Shown here piece after piece: positions 9,709 to 19,786 of a stretch of 60,363 nt of DNA; position 1 is the stretch's first letter, and each line of letters opens with the position of its first letter. The translations under genes were made by a program, and so were the position numbers. The notes under the pieces are model-generated. The model saw only the letters and a program-made list of their open reading frames with translations. It had not been told where the DNA came from and did no database searches. The DNA is from an uncultured Bacilli bacterium (lineage in GTDB: Bacteria; Bacillota_I; Bacilli_A; RF39; UBA660): the NCBI GenBank assembly GCA_934169415.1, contig CAKPNP010000002.1:1-60363 (forward strand), in the 5' to 3' direction.

Positions 9709-10239
9709 ATGAAATTATATGTTATAAGGCATGGTGAAACTCTAGAGAATTCTAAAGACTGTTTAGTCGGAAGAATAAACAGTGGATTAGATGAAAATGG
9801 AATTTTACAAGCTAAAAAAGTAAAAGAATATTTTAAAGATAAAAATATAGACTTAATAGTATCATCACCTTTAGATAGATGCAAACAAACCGCAGAAATA
9901 ATAAGTGATGGTAATATCAAAATAGAATATAGTGATAAATTATTAGGCCGTGATCATGGAGAGTTTACAGGAGCTAAAAAATCTTCTATAAACTTTTCTG
10001 ATTATTGGAATTATAATAAAGATATCAAATATGAAAAGGCTGAATCAGTTAGAGATTTATACAATAGAGTAGCATTATTGGTAGATGACTTAAAAAAATA
10101 TGGTGATAAAAATATTATAATTGTTACACATAGTGGAATAATGAGAGTATTATATTATTATTTTAAAGGAATTCCAGCTGATGGAGTTCTAGGTGAAATA
10201 ACGATTCAAAATTGTGAAGTATTTGAATATAATTTATAA
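9709..10239 (+). CDS. histidine phosphatase (phosphoglycerate mutase-like) family protein
   Basis: The MKLYVIRHGETLEN RHG motif and a later VTHSG histidine motif. Confidence 0.85.
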   Translation: MKLYVIRHGETLENSKDCLVGRINSGLDENGILQAKKVKEYFKDKNIDLIVSSPLDRCKQTAEIISDGNIKIEYSDKLLGRDHGEFTGAKKSSINFSDYWNYNKDIKYEKAESVRDLYNRVALLVDDLKKYGDKNIIIVTHSGIMRVLYYYFKGIPADGVLGEITIQNCEVFEYNL

Positions 10240-10253
10240 AGAAAGAAGGATTT

Positions 10254-11441
10254 ATGAAAGTATTATCGGTAAATGCTGGAAGTTCATCATTGAAATTTCA
10301 AATGTATGAAATGCCAGAAGAAAAAGTTTTAATTTCAGGAGTTTTTGAAAGAATTGGAATTGATGGAAGTTTTTACACTATTAAATATAATGGTGAAAAA
10401 TTAAAAAGAGAAGTTAGATTAAAAACTCATGTCGATGCTGTTGAATATTTAGTAGAAGAATTAATTAAAAATGGTGTCATAAAACAATTAGATGAAATAA
10501 AAGCAATTGGACATAGAATTGTTCATGGAGGCGCTAAATACAATAAATCAGTAATAATAACTGATGAAGTTATAAAGGATATCGAGGATTTAATTCCTTT
10601 AGCACCACTTCATAATAAAGCGCATTTAATGGGAATAAGAGCATTTATAAAAGAAATACCTAATGCTTTAGAAGTCGCTTGTTTTGATACAGCTTTCCAT
10701 CAAACTATAGATGAAGAAAGATATTTATATGCTGTTCCAAATGAATGGTATACAAAATATGGAATTAGAAAATATGGATTTCATGGAATGAGTCATAAAT
10801 ATGTTTCAGAAAGATTAACTGATATTTTAGATAAAAAATATTCTAATATTATTGTTTGTCATTTAGGTAATGGTGGATCTGTTTCAGCAGTAAGAGATGG
10901 TAGATGTGTTGATACATCTATGGGATTTACTCCAAATGCAGGTATAGTAATGGGTTCACGTTCAGGTGATATTGATTACAGTATCATTCCATATATTATG
11001 AAAAATACAGGACTTTCAATAGAAGAAGTTGATACTATTTTAAATAAAAAAAGTGGTATGTTAGGTATTAGTGATATAAGTAGTGATTTTAGAGATATAG
11101 AAGCTAAAATTAGTGAAAATGATCATAAAGCTAAAATGGCACATTATTTATTTGTAAATTCTGTTGTTAGCTATATAGCTAAATATTATGTTGAGTTAGG
11201 TGGCGTTGATGCAATTGCATTTACAGCAGGTGTTGGTGAAAATTCAGCTCATGTTAGAAGAATGATTCTTGATAGATTAACTTGTTTAGGTATAAAAATC
11301 GATAAAGAATTAAATGAAGAAATGAGATTTGGAAAAGAAGGCTTAATTACTAAGGAAGATTCAAGTGTTCCATGTTATGTAATTCCAACTGATGAAGAAG
11401 TTATGATTGCTCGTGATTCATACTCATTTATAGAAGGCTAA
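10254..11441 (+). CDS. ackA: acetate kinase
   Basis: MKVLSVNAGSSSLKFQ, GHRIVHGG, FTAGVGENS. Confidence 0.95.
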   Translation: MKVLSVNAGSSSLKFQMYEMPEEKVLISGVFERIGIDGSFYTIKYNGEKLKREVRLKTHVDAVEYLVEELIKNGVIKQLDEIKAIGHRIVHGGAKYNKSVIITDEVIKDIEDLIPLAPLHNKAHLMGIRAFIKEIPNALEVACFDTAFHQTIDEERYLYAVPNEWYTKYGIRKYGFHGMSHKYVSERLTDILDKKYSNIIVCHLGNGGSVSAVRDGRCVDTSMGFTPNAGIVMGSRSGDIDYSIIPYIMKNTGLSIEEVDTILNKKSGMLGISDISSDFRDIEAKISENDHKAKMAHYLFVNSVVSYIAKYYVELGGVDAIAFTAGVGENSAHVRRMILDRLTCLGIKIDKELNEEMRFGKEGLITKEDSSVPCYVIPTDEEVMIARDSYSFIEG

Positions 11442-11455
11442 AAGGCCTTTTTTTG
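11434..11455 (+). terminator. weak Rho-independent terminator of ackA
   Basis: AAGGC-6 nt-GCCTT followed by T7. The stem is short. Confidence 0.4.
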
Positions 11456-11509
11456 TGGACTAAATTTTTTAAATATAGTATAATAGTTTTGGTAGAAAGA
11501 GTGATTTAT

Positions 11510-12457
11510 GTGAATCATAAAAAAATACTAAAAGCAATAAAAAAATATAATAATATTATAATAGCTCGTCATGTTGGAGCTGATCCTGATGCACTTGGAA
11601 GTAGTGTAGGATTAAAGGAAATAATCAAGTATAATTTTCCAAATAAAAACGTTTATGTTGTTGGAAATTCATCTAGTAGATTTAAGTATTTTGGAGCAAT
11701 GGATAAAAATGTTAAAACTGATGAAAGCCTATTAATTGTTACAGATACTCCTGATAGGAAAAGAGTAGATGGAGTAAATCCTGATGATTTTGAATTTAAA
11801 ATTAAAATTGATCATCATCCATTTATAGAAAAGTTTTGTGATATAGAATATATAGATGATACAGCATCATCAGCAAGTCAAATGATTATTGAATTTGCAT
11901 TTAAATCTAACTTAAAAATTCCTAAAAGTGCTGCAGAAAAATTATTTATGGGAATAATTGGAGACACTAATAGATTCTTGTATAATTATACTACTGTTAA
12001 AACATTTGATTTAGTATCTTCTTTAATAAAAAAAACAGGTATAGATTTTGTTTCATTATATCCACAGATGTATTCTAGAAATTTAAATGATTTAAAATTC
12101 AATGCCTATATAACAACAAATATGATAGTAACAGAAAATAAACTTGCTTATATAAAGTTAGATGAAAAAACTTTAAAAGAACACAATGTTGATGCTTCAA
12201 CAGCAGGTAATTTAATTAATAATTTTGATAATATTGAAGAAATATTGGTGAGTATTTTTTGTTCTTATGATTCAGTTAATAATTATATTAAATGTTCTAT
12301 AAGATCTCGTGGTCCAGTTATAAATGTTATAGCTTCACAATTTAATGGTGGTGGACATGCCTTAGCAAGTGGCGCTAAGTTAAAGAGTTTTGAAGAATGT
12401 GACGAATTAATAAAAAAATTAGATCAGGCTTGCTTAGAATACGTTAATAATATATAA
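11510..12457 (+). CDS. nrnA: DHH/DHHA1 phosphoesterase (NrnA-type oligoribonuclease / pAp phosphatase)
   Basis: HVGADPDALGS, KIDHHPF (DHH) and GGGHALASGA (DHHA1). GTG 11510 lies downstream of a TAGTATAAT -10 and a purine-rich RBS. ORF-track TTG 11453 sits in the ackA terminator. Confidence 0.85.
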   Translation: MNHKKILKAIKKYNNIIIARHVGADPDALGSSVGLKEIIKYNFPNKNVYVVGNSSSRFKYFGAMDKNVKTDESLLIVTDTPDRKRVDGVNPDDFEFKIKIDHHPFIEKFCDIEYIDDTASSASQMIIEFAFKSNLKIPKSAAEKLFMGIIGDTNRFLYNYTTVKTFDLVSSLIKKTGIDFVSLYPQMYSRNLNDLKFNAYITTNMIVTENKLAYIKLDEKTLKEHNVDASTAGNLINNFDNIEEILVSIFCSYDSVNNYIKCSIRSRGPVINVIASQFNGGGHALASGAKLKSFEECDELIKKLDQACLEYVNNI

Positions 12458-12478
12458 TAGATACTTAAAGGTGATAAT

Positions 12479-13597
12479 ATGGAGTTAAATAAAAAAAATA
12501 TTAAAATTATTATTTTACTTATTATGTTTACAGTATTATTTGTTTATGTAGTTAAAAATATTCCTTTTATATTAGGTATAGTAATGAAAATAATAAATGT
12601 TTTCTTTCCTTTTATATTGGGATTATGTTTTGCATTTGTTTTAAATGTAATAGTTTCATTAATAGAAAATAAATTAAAAAAAATTAAAAAATTAAATAAT
12701 AAAACAAGAAGGATAATTTCAATTACTATATCTATGTTAATAGTATTACTAGTTATATCGTTTGTATTAGTTTTAGTAATTCCAGATTTAATAGATGCTT
12801 TAACCCAGCTTATAAATACATTGCCTATAGCTTTAACTAATTTAGATAAGTATTTAACTAATCTTGTTAAAGATTATCCAGATTTAAAAAATTACATTGA
12901 TTCAATTAATTTTGATAATATAACTTCTAATTTAGTTAATTTTGTAACTGGTAGTATGGATGTACTATTATCTAATTCAATTAATTTTATATCAAATATA
13001 ATATCTAGTATAACGTCATTTGTAATGGGAATTGTATTTTCGGTTTACATTTTAGCTCAAAAAGAAACATTAGCTTTACAAGTAAAAAAAGTAATGAAAG
13101 CCTATTTAAGTGAAAATGTTAATAATAAAATTTTCGAAATATTAGATATATCAAATAAAACTTTTTATAATTTTATAACAGGACAGTGTTTGGAAGCTTT
13201 AATATTAGGTACTATGTTTTTAATAGCTATGACAATATTTAAATTTCCTTATGCGCTTGCTATATCTTCACTTATTACAGTAACTGCCTTAATACCAATA
13301 TTTGGGGCTTTAATTGCAAGTATATTTGGGGTAATACTAATAGCTGTAACATCTCCAGTACAGGCGTTTTGGTTCTTTGTGATGTTCCAGATAATACAAC
13401 AAATTGAAAATAATTTGATATATCCTAAAGTAGTAGGTAAAAAGGTAGGATTACCTGCTTTATGGGTAATGTTAGCAGTATTAGTAGGGGGCAATTTATT
13501 TGGATTATTTGGAATGCTTGTAAGTGTACCAGTATCAAGTATTTTATATTCTATATTTAAAACTAAAGTAAATGAAAGGGTTAACAATGATCGATAA
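12479..13597 (+). CDS. AI-2E (PerM/UPF0118) family transporter
   Basis: About 8 TM helices and a conserved C-terminal IENNLIYPKVVGKKVGLP block. RBS AGGTGAT. Confidence 0.85.
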   Translation: MELNKKNIKIIILLIMFTVLFVYVVKNIPFILGIVMKIINVFFPFILGLCFAFVLNVIVSLIENKLKKIKKLNNKTRRIISITISMLIVLLVISFVLVLVIPDLIDALTQLINTLPIALTNLDKYLTNLVKDYPDLKNYIDSINFDNITSNLVNFVTGSMDVLLSNSINFISNIISSITSFVMGIVFSVYILAQKETLALQVKKVMKAYLSENVNNKIFEILDISNKTFYNFITGQCLEALILGTMFLIAMTIFKFPYALAISSLITVTALIPIFGALIASIFGVILIAVTSPVQAFWFFVMFQIIQQIENNLIYPKVVGKKVGLPALWVMLAVLVGGNLFGLFGMLVSVPVSSILYSIFKTKVNERVNNDR

Positions 13598-14216
13598 GGT
13601 AATATCATTAATAAAAAGTGAACCTTTTAATATACCTCCTATATTAATTAAAAATTATAGAAAATTAAATATAACAGATTCTGAATTTATTTTAATAATA
13701 TATTTAATTAATACTGATTCAAGTTTTAATCCTAAATTAATAGCAAAAGATTTAAATTTTACTTTAAACGAAGTAATGGACCTAGTTAATTCATTAGTTG
13801 AAAAAGATATATTAAAAATTGATATTGTTAATAATAAGGTTATGGAAGAAATTATTAATTTAGATGAATTATATAATAAAATATCTTTTTTAGTAGTTAA
13901 TGGCGAGACAAAAAAAGAAAAAACAAATATATTTGATAAATTTGAAAGTGAATTTGGTAGAACTTTATCTCCTCTTGATTATGAAATTATTTCGGATTGG
14001 CAAAAGGATTTTAACGATGAAATTATTCTTCTAGCTCTTAAAGAGGCTGTATTTAATGGAGTTACAAATTTAAGATACATAGATAAAATCATTAGAGATT
14101 GGGATAAAAAAGGTATAAAAAATGAAAAAGATGTTTTAAATGATAAGAAAAAATATAAAGAAAAAAAACAAAATAAATTATTTGATTATGATTGGTTAAA
14201 TGAAAGAGATAATTGA
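13587..14216 (+). CDS. dnaD: DnaD-domain replication initiation protein
   Basis: C-terminal DnaD/DnaB_2-type repeat FESEFGRTLSPLDYEIISDW...LRYIDKIIRDWDKKGI. It precedes nth as in B. subtilis. Confidence 0.8.
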   Translation: MIDKVISLIKSEPFNIPPILIKNYRKLNITDSEFILIIYLINTDSSFNPKLIAKDLNFTLNEVMDLVNSLVEKDILKIDIVNNKVMEEIINLDELYNKISFLVVNGETKKEKTNIFDKFESEFGRTLSPLDYEIISDWQKDFNDEIILLALKEAVFNGVTNLRYIDKIIRDWDKKGIKNEKDVLNDKKKYKEKKQNKLFDYDWLNERDN

Positions 14217-14802
14217 TTATTTAAATGAAATTATACCTGATCCTAAATGTGAATTAAATTATAATAAAGATTATGAATTATTAATTGCTACTATGTTAAG
14301 TGCTCAAACTACAGATAAAAGAGTAAATGAGGTAACTAATATTTTATTTAATAAATATAAAAATTTAGAGGAATTAAGAAATGCTTCAGTAACAGATATA
14401 AAAGAAATTATAAAACCACTTGGTACATATAATAAAAAAGCATTAAATATAATAGGAATAGCTAATAAATTAAAGGAATCTAATGATATTGTTCCAAATG
14501 ATAGAGATTTCTTAGAAAAATTACCTGGTGTTGGTAGAAAAACTACTAATGTTGTTTTAAGCAATATATATAATGAACCATATATAGCAGTAGATACTCA
14601 TGTACAAAGGGTAAGTAAAAGACTTGGTATAACTAAAAGTGATGATGTTTTAGTAACTGAAAAAAAATTATATAAATTTTTTAAAGGTGAAAATTATTGT
14701 AGATTACATCATCAATTATTATTATTTGGCAGATACTATTGTAAGGCTATAAAACCTAGTTGTGATAGTTGTAAATTAAAAAATATATGTAAAAGGAGTT
14801 AA
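14200..14802 (+). CDS. nth: endonuclease III
   Basis: HhH-GPD LPGVGRKTTNVVL and the CX6CX2CX5C cluster CKAIKPSCDSCKLKNIC. Confidence 0.9.
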   Translation: MKEIIDYLNEIIPDPKCELNYNKDYELLIATMLSAQTTDKRVNEVTNILFNKYKNLEELRNASVTDIKEIIKPLGTYNKKALNIIGIANKLKESNDIVPNDRDFLEKLPGVGRKTTNVVLSNIYNEPYIAVDTHVQRVSKRLGITKSDDVLVTEKKLYKFFKGENYCRLHHQLLLFGRYYCKAIKPSCDSCKLKNICKRS

Positions 14803-14832
14803 TTGTATTTAATTCTTTTTTATTGGTATAAC

Positions 14833-14857
14833 AAAAAAGACCTTTTAAAGTCTTTTT
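14833..14857. terminator. bidirectional terminator between the convergent nth and ponA
   Basis: A-run, AAAGAC, 8-nt loop, GTCTTT, T-run. Confidence 0.6.
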
Positions 14858-17777
14858 ATTTTACATTAATTATTTGAGTTAATGTATTAGTATAATTTCC
14901 ATATACTATTTTATATTTAATCGTATATGTATCAGCAGTAGTAGTAGTAATTTTAAATGTATCATCAAATTCACTTTTATCACTACCTCTAATTATAGTT
15001 TTAGTTATTTTAGCTTTATTAGTTACATCAGTTATACCATTTTCAAGTACAATAACTGGTTTTTTAGATTCAGTGTAAGTATCACCAATTTTTAATGTTA
15101 TAGTAGAACTTTCACTTAATTCAGAAGTTATTACGTTTCCTTCTACTACTAATTCACTACCACTGGATCTATTATCTTTAAATATTGTATATGCTGTTTT
15201 AACAACTATATTTCCATTGGCATTAAAATCATATGACGTTTTATCAGTAGTACCTATAAGTGTTAAAGTGCCGTCTTGTGCTTTTTCATATATTTCATAA
15301 ACAATAGTTCCTATATTAGTATTATTGTAATTAATTCTTTCTTGAATTCTTTCGTTTCTTGTTTTTTCATTTGTATATAATTTAGTAAATAATTTATTAA
15401 TATATTCACTATCTATAAAGTTAGGTGTTTTAATAGCATCCCAAGTAATTTTACCATCACTATATTTTAAATTAGTTACATTTGATAATTTTGAATATCT
15501 ATCAGATGTTTGTGTAGGTTCAGTACCTTTTTTAAAATATGCTGTTGTTTTCATATTACTTGGTGTATATTCACTAGGTAACATTGCAGTAGGTAAGTCT
15601 TTTTCAACTTCTACTTTTACAACACTACTAGGCATAGTCCAAGTGGATTTTTTTGTATAAACAGCTTTAGCTATAGCTTGGAAAACATTTTTATGATCTG
15701 ATTTACTCATTGTTAGATAGTAATCTTTATATAGTTCATCGTATCCATACCATAACGAAATTACATATGAATTATTATAACTCATTATCCATCTATCTCT
15801 TATAGCATTACTAGGATAACCATAATTATTAATTACTGTACGTGTTAAGTTAGTAGTACCTGTTTTACCACAATAATTAACTCCATTTACATATTTTCCT
15901 ATTGCATAAGAACCTGTATCTTCTAATACTGAAGTAATCATGTAAGCAGTAGATTCACTCATCACTCTTTTTTTAGTAGGTTTAACTTCTTCTTCTTCAT
16001 TAGTTTCTATATAAACAATTTTAGTAACAGTATGTGGTTCATTATAATATCCGCCGTTAGAGAATGCTGCATAAGCTCCAGCCATAGAAAGAGGGGATTC
16101 ACCTGGTTCATATCCACCTAATGCATGTGATTCATGAACCATGCCAGATGAATCAACTTCAGGAGATAAACCTAAATTAGTAACAAAATTTTTAATATTA
16201 CTATTTTTAACTGATTGAAAAGCTTTAATTGCTGGAATATTTCTAGATTGCATTAAAGCATCATGTAATGTATTAGTACCAATAAATTTGTAGTCAAAAT
16301 TTACAAGTTCACCACCATCTGAATATGAATATGGTTCATCAGTAAATATAGTATAAGTTGATCCATTATTATATTCAATGTAAGGACCGTAATCATATAA
16401 TGGTTTAGCGGTAGAACCTATTTGTCTATTTATATCAGTAGCACGGTTTGTTCCTAATGCAACATAATTTCTACCAGCACCAAGTGCTCTAATAGAACCA
16501 TCATTTACATCGAGAACAACTGAACCTGCTTGTATTTTTTCATCAACCCATTTATATGTTTTGCCACTAAATACGTCGTTCATATTATTTTGCATGTCTC
16601 TATCCATTGTTGTATATATTTTTAAAGGTGTTTTATATGGATCAACACCAAATCTATTCATAACTTCACTGGCTGCTGTATCTATAAATGATTGATAATT
16701 ACTGCTGTCTTCTTTTTTTTCTACAAGTAATTTATCAACAGAAAGTTCTAGTGCCATATCATATTCTTCCTTTGTAATATAGCCATGTCTTAGCATAAGA
16801 TATAAAACAGTTTGTCTTCTTTCTTCACATTCTGTAGGATTAGTGTAGGGTTCATATCCAATAGGCGCTTGAAACATACCTGCAATCATTGCTGATTCTG
16901 ATAGGTTTAATTCGCTTGCATGCTTATTAAAGTATGTAAGACTTGCTTGTTCTACACCAGATATATGATATCCTAAAGTATTTGAGTTAACATAAAATTC
17001 TAATATTTCTTCTTTAGTATAATGTGTTTCTATTTTAAATACTGCCATATAAATATCTGAAAATTTACGTATAATTCCTTTAATTCCTTCATCTTCTCTA
17101 GAAGTATAGGTATTTTTAGATACTTGCATAGTAAGAGTAGAAGCACCACCGCCACCTTTACCTAGAACTTGTGATATTGAAGCTTTTATAAATCTTGGTA
17201 GGTCAACTCCACTGTGTTGGAAGAATCTAGAATCTTCTGTAGCAATAATTGCATCTATTAAAGATTCTGATAATTCATCATAAGTAACATTTACTCTAAT
17301 TTCAGCTCCACCGATTTTACCAATTTCATTTTCATCTTTATCATATAGTACAGATGATTCTTTAGTATATAATAAGTTAGGATCAAAATCAGGTGCCGTA
17401 ACTATTATATACCCCATAAATGTTGCAAATAAGATAAGAAGTATTATCATACAACAAACTATTATAATTAAGAAGGTTTTAAGCTTATCTTTTGCAGTAG
17501 ATTTTTTTCTTTTTTTAGGCATTAAAATTAAATATGCCATAATATCAAGGATAATAATTACTATTAATGATTCTTTAAAACCAACAGTAAATGAACCTAT
17601 TAATAGTAATAATATACTTACTGTAGTTATTATTATTGGTTTAATATTAGATTTTACTAATTTCATAATTCCATTATTTTGCTCATTTTTATTAACTTTA
17701 TTATTAATTTTGTTATTTATTTTATTATTAACTTTATTTTTAGTGTTGTTTTTTCTAACATTGTTATTTTTTTTCAT
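14856..17777 (-). CDS. ponA: bifunctional class A penicillin-binding protein (PBP1A type)
   Basis: GT51 motif EDSRFFQHSGVD. Transpeptidase motifs STAKP (SxxK), SRN and KTGTT. N-terminal Asn/Lys-rich tail plus a TM helix. The ATG overlaps the recU TGA. Confidence 0.95.
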   Translation of the reverse strand: MKKNNNVRKNNTKNKVNNKINNKINNKVNKNEQNNGIMKLVKSNIKPIIITTVSILLLLIGSFTVGFKESLIVIIILDIMAYLILMPKKRKKSTAKDKLKTFLIIIVCCMIILLILFATFMGYIIVTAPDFDPNLLYTKESSVLYDKDENEIGKIGGAEIRVNVTYDELSESLIDAIIATEDSRFFQHSGVDLPRFIKASISQVLGKGGGGASTLTMQVSKNTYTSREDEGIKGIIRKFSDIYMAVFKIETHYTKEEILEFYVNSNTLGYHISGVEQASLTYFNKHASELNLSESAMIAGMFQAPIGYEPYTNPTECEERRQTVLYLMLRHGYITKEEYDMALELSVDKLLVEKKEDSSNYQSFIDTAASEVMNRFGVDPYKTPLKIYTTMDRDMQNNMNDVFSGKTYKWVDEKIQAGSVVLDVNDGSIRALGAGRNYVALGTNRATDINRQIGSTAKPLYDYGPYIEYNNGSTYTIFTDEPYSYSDGGELVNFDYKFIGTNTLHDALMQSRNIPAIKAFQSVKNSNIKNFVTNLGLSPEVDSSGMVHESHALGGYEPGESPLSMAGAYAAFSNGGYYNEPHTVTKIVYIETNEEEEVKPTKKRVMSESTAYMITSVLEDTGSYAIGKYVNGVNYCGKTGTTNLTRTVINNYGYPSNAIRDRWIMSYNNSYVISLWYGYDELYKDYYLTMSKSDHKNVFQAIAKAVYTKKSTWTMPSSVVKVEVEKDLPTAMLPSEYTPSNMKTTAYFKKGTEPTQTSDRYSKLSNVTNLKYSDGKITWDAIKTPNFIDSEYINKLFTKLYTNEKTRNERIQERINYNNTNIGTIVYEIYEKAQDGTLTLIGTTDKTSYDFNANGNIVVKTAYTIFKDNRSSGSELVVEGNVITSELSESSTITLKIGDTYTESKKPVIVLENGITDVTNKAKITKTIIRGSDKSEFDDTFKITTTTADTYTIKYKIVYGNYTNTLTQIINVK
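17691..17738 (-). repeat. 4 tandem copies of a 12-nt unit inside the ponA 5-prime end
   Basis: Plus strand reads ATTAACTTTATT / ATTAATTTTGTT / ATTTATTTTATT / ATTAACTTTATT, encoding NKVN-NKIN-NKIN-NKVN. Confidence 0.8.
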
Positions 17778-18337
17778 TTGTTTGTATCACTCCTTATATC
17801 ATCTATTATTTTAAGATAATCTAAATATGGTTTAAACCCTTCTTTTATAACATATCCTTTTTCTTTGAAATATTCGATTGGAATTGATTTTCTTTTACTT
17901 GTATTTAAGAAATCATTTAAACATTCTATAGTAAGTAGGTAAGTTTCACCTTTAAGTACAAATCTTACTATAATAAATCCTATTCCACCACAATCTTTTA
18001 TTTGATTTAAATGTTTAATTTGATGAGCGTGTATATTTGCAAGTGGAAAATATTCTTTTCTGGTTTCTTTGGCTTCAAAATCAATATACATTCCCTTATA
18101 AACACCATTATAATCAGTTGTAGATGGAGTTTTAAAATGAGCTTCAGTGATGATTGCATCAACTCTTGACTTATAATCTACCTTATTAATAGTTATTGGA
18201 GTAGGTTTTTTATAAATCACTGCAATATTATTATCCCTATAGTAAATATTAGTTTCATTTATATCAGTTTCTAAATTCATTCCTCTATTACTAGTACTTA
18301 GCTTGTATTCTTTTTTTATGCCATTTGGATAATTCAT
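17774..18337 (-). CDS. recU: Holliday junction resolvase RecU
   Basis: GMYIDFEAKET catalytic block. recU-ponA are translationally coupled as in Bacilli. Confidence 0.9.
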   Translation of the reverse strand: MNYPNGIKKEYKLSTSNRGMNLETDINETNIYYRDNNIAVIYKKPTPITINKVDYKSRVDAIITEAHFKTPSTTDYNGVYKGMYIDFEAKETRKEYFPLANIHAHQIKHLNQIKDCGGIGFIIVRFVLKGETYLLTIECLNDFLNTSKRKSIPIEYFKEKGYVIKEGFKPYLDYLKIIDDIRSDTNK

Positions 18338-18476
18338 TTTACCACCATTATCATTATACTATAAAATTTTAAAAAATACTATCTATTTATAGTGTTTAAA
18401 TTGTCAAATTAATTCTAGTTTTGTCGAAACTAATGAAATTATTTTATATATATGTTTTAATAATTTTGGTGATATT

Positions 18477-18584
18477 ATGAACGATATTTTTAATATGATA
18501 GATGAAATGATAGATGATGTTGATATGATTAAACTTTCTATATTATTTAACAAAAAATTTGAGTATATTGACAAAAAGTATTAA
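18477..18584 (+). CDS. possible small acidic protein (35 aa)
   Basis: GGTGAT RBS then ATG 18477: MNDIFNMIDEMIDDVDMIKLSILFNKKFEYIDKKY*. No homology evidence, and the gpsB promoter lies in its 3-prime end. Confidence 0.25.
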   Translation: MNDIFNMIDEMIDDVDMIKLSILFNKKFEYIDKKY

Positions 18585-18597
18585 TTTGTTATATAAT
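18568..18597 (+). promoter_or_regulatory. sigma-A type promoter of gpsB
   Basis: TTGACA (18568-18573), 18-nt spacer, TATAAT (18592-18597). Confidence 0.5.
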
Positions 18598-18615
18598 TTT
18601 TCTGGGTGAGTAGTT

Positions 18616-18939
18616 ATGTATCAAGATAGAATTATGCTTACAGTTAAGGATATATTTGAAAAAGAATTTAAAATAGATACTAGAGGTTATAGACCTCAAG
18701 AAGTAGATAAATTCTTAGATCTTGTTATGCGTGACTATGAAGAGTTTACAGCAATAAATAAAGAGTTAGCAATAGAAGTTAAAAATCTAACTAACGATAA
18801 TTTAAAGCTTAAACAAGAAATTAGAAATTTAAGAACAAAATTAGATGCTATAACAAGTGAAACTGAAAGTGGAACTAATAGTGTTGATGTTCTAAAAAGA
18901 TTATCTAATTTAGAAAAAATAATATATGGAAAAGAATAA
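18616..18939 (+). CDS. gpsB: cell-cycle protein GpsB (DivIVA-domain)
   Basis: FEKEFKIDTRGYRPQEVDKFLDLVMRDYEEF matches the GpsB/DivIVA N-terminal domain. A coiled-coil C-terminus follows. It lies next to rnpB as in B. subtilis. Confidence 0.85.
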   Translation: MYQDRIMLTVKDIFEKEFKIDTRGYRPQEVDKFLDLVMRDYEEFTAINKELAIEVKNLTNDNLKLKQEIRNLRTKLDAITSETESGTNSVDVLKRLSNLEKIIYGKE

Positions 18940-19281
18940 TACTTGACAAACGCTATAGAAATATAGAGGAAAGTCCATGCTTGCACTGTCCTGAAATGGC
19001 AGTAGTGATTGTGCTTAGGGAAAAAATAACCTAAGGTAGTTTATTAACTAACGGCGATGAAGTAATTCCTAAATGGATTATTGTAATCATAAAGTGCCAC
19101 AGAGACGATTATTCTAGTAATAGATGAAATGAAACGAGGTAAACCCCGCAAGCAAGAAACCCAAATTATGGTAGGGGAGTTTAAAATAGGGAATTAGTAA
19201 CTTATTTTAGAACTAGTAATACTAGTAGATAGATGTTTGTCACTCTCAATTGAGTACAGAACATGGCTTATAAGTATTATT
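18935..19281 (+). ncRNA. rnpB: RNase P RNA, bacterial type B
   Basis: Universal blocks GAGGAAAGTCCATGC and ACAGAACATGGCTTA are present, with AAACCCAAAT and GTGCCACAG between them. The P1 helix pairs AATAATACTT (18935-18944) with AAGTATTATT (19272-19281). Ends are good to about +/-10 nt. Confidence 0.9.
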
Positions 19282-19309
19282 TTTTTTTATTAATTATGAG
19301 GTGAATTTA

Positions 19310-19786
19310 ATGAATGAAATTGGAGAAAAATTGAAATCTGCCCGTGAGGGAATGGGGGTTAGTATAGATGAAGTATCCCAGGATTTGAAATTGGAGCCAA
19401 GTAAAATAGAACTTCTTGAAAGTGGGGATGTTTCTTCATTTCAGGATATAGCGTCTATAAAATATTTTATAAGAGATTATTCTAAATATTTAGGTTTAAA
19501 TAAAGATGATTTGGTAGATGAATTTAACGAATATTTATTTGATTATACATCAAAATTATCTTTAGAAGATATAAAAAAAGAAAGTAAAAATAAAAAATTA
19601 GAAGAAAATAGGATTAGATCTCCTTATACAATTGAAAGAAAAAATGATACTTTATTTCAAATTATTGCTTATATTTCTATAATTTTACTTATAGGAATAA
19701 TAATATTTTTGCTTTATTCAATTGCTAAGCCTAAGGATAAAGTAGATAATTTAGTTTATGGAGGTTTTTATGAACGTAGCAAATAA
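19310..19786 (+). CDS. rodZ: RodZ-like HTH protein with a membrane anchor
   Basis: IGEKLKSAREGMGVSIDEVSQDLKL HTH plus TM helix IIAYISIILLIGIIIFLLY. ATG 19310 follows AGGTGA. It lies upstream of pgsA as ymfM does in B. subtilis. Confidence 0.65.
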   Translation: MNEIGEKLKSAREGMGVSIDEVSQDLKLEPSKIELLESGDVSSFQDIASIKYFIRDYSKYLGLNKDDLVDEFNEYLFDYTSKLSLEDIKKESKNKKLEENRIRSPYTIERKNDTLFQIIAYISIILLIGIIIFLLYSIAKPKDKVDNLVYGGFYERSK

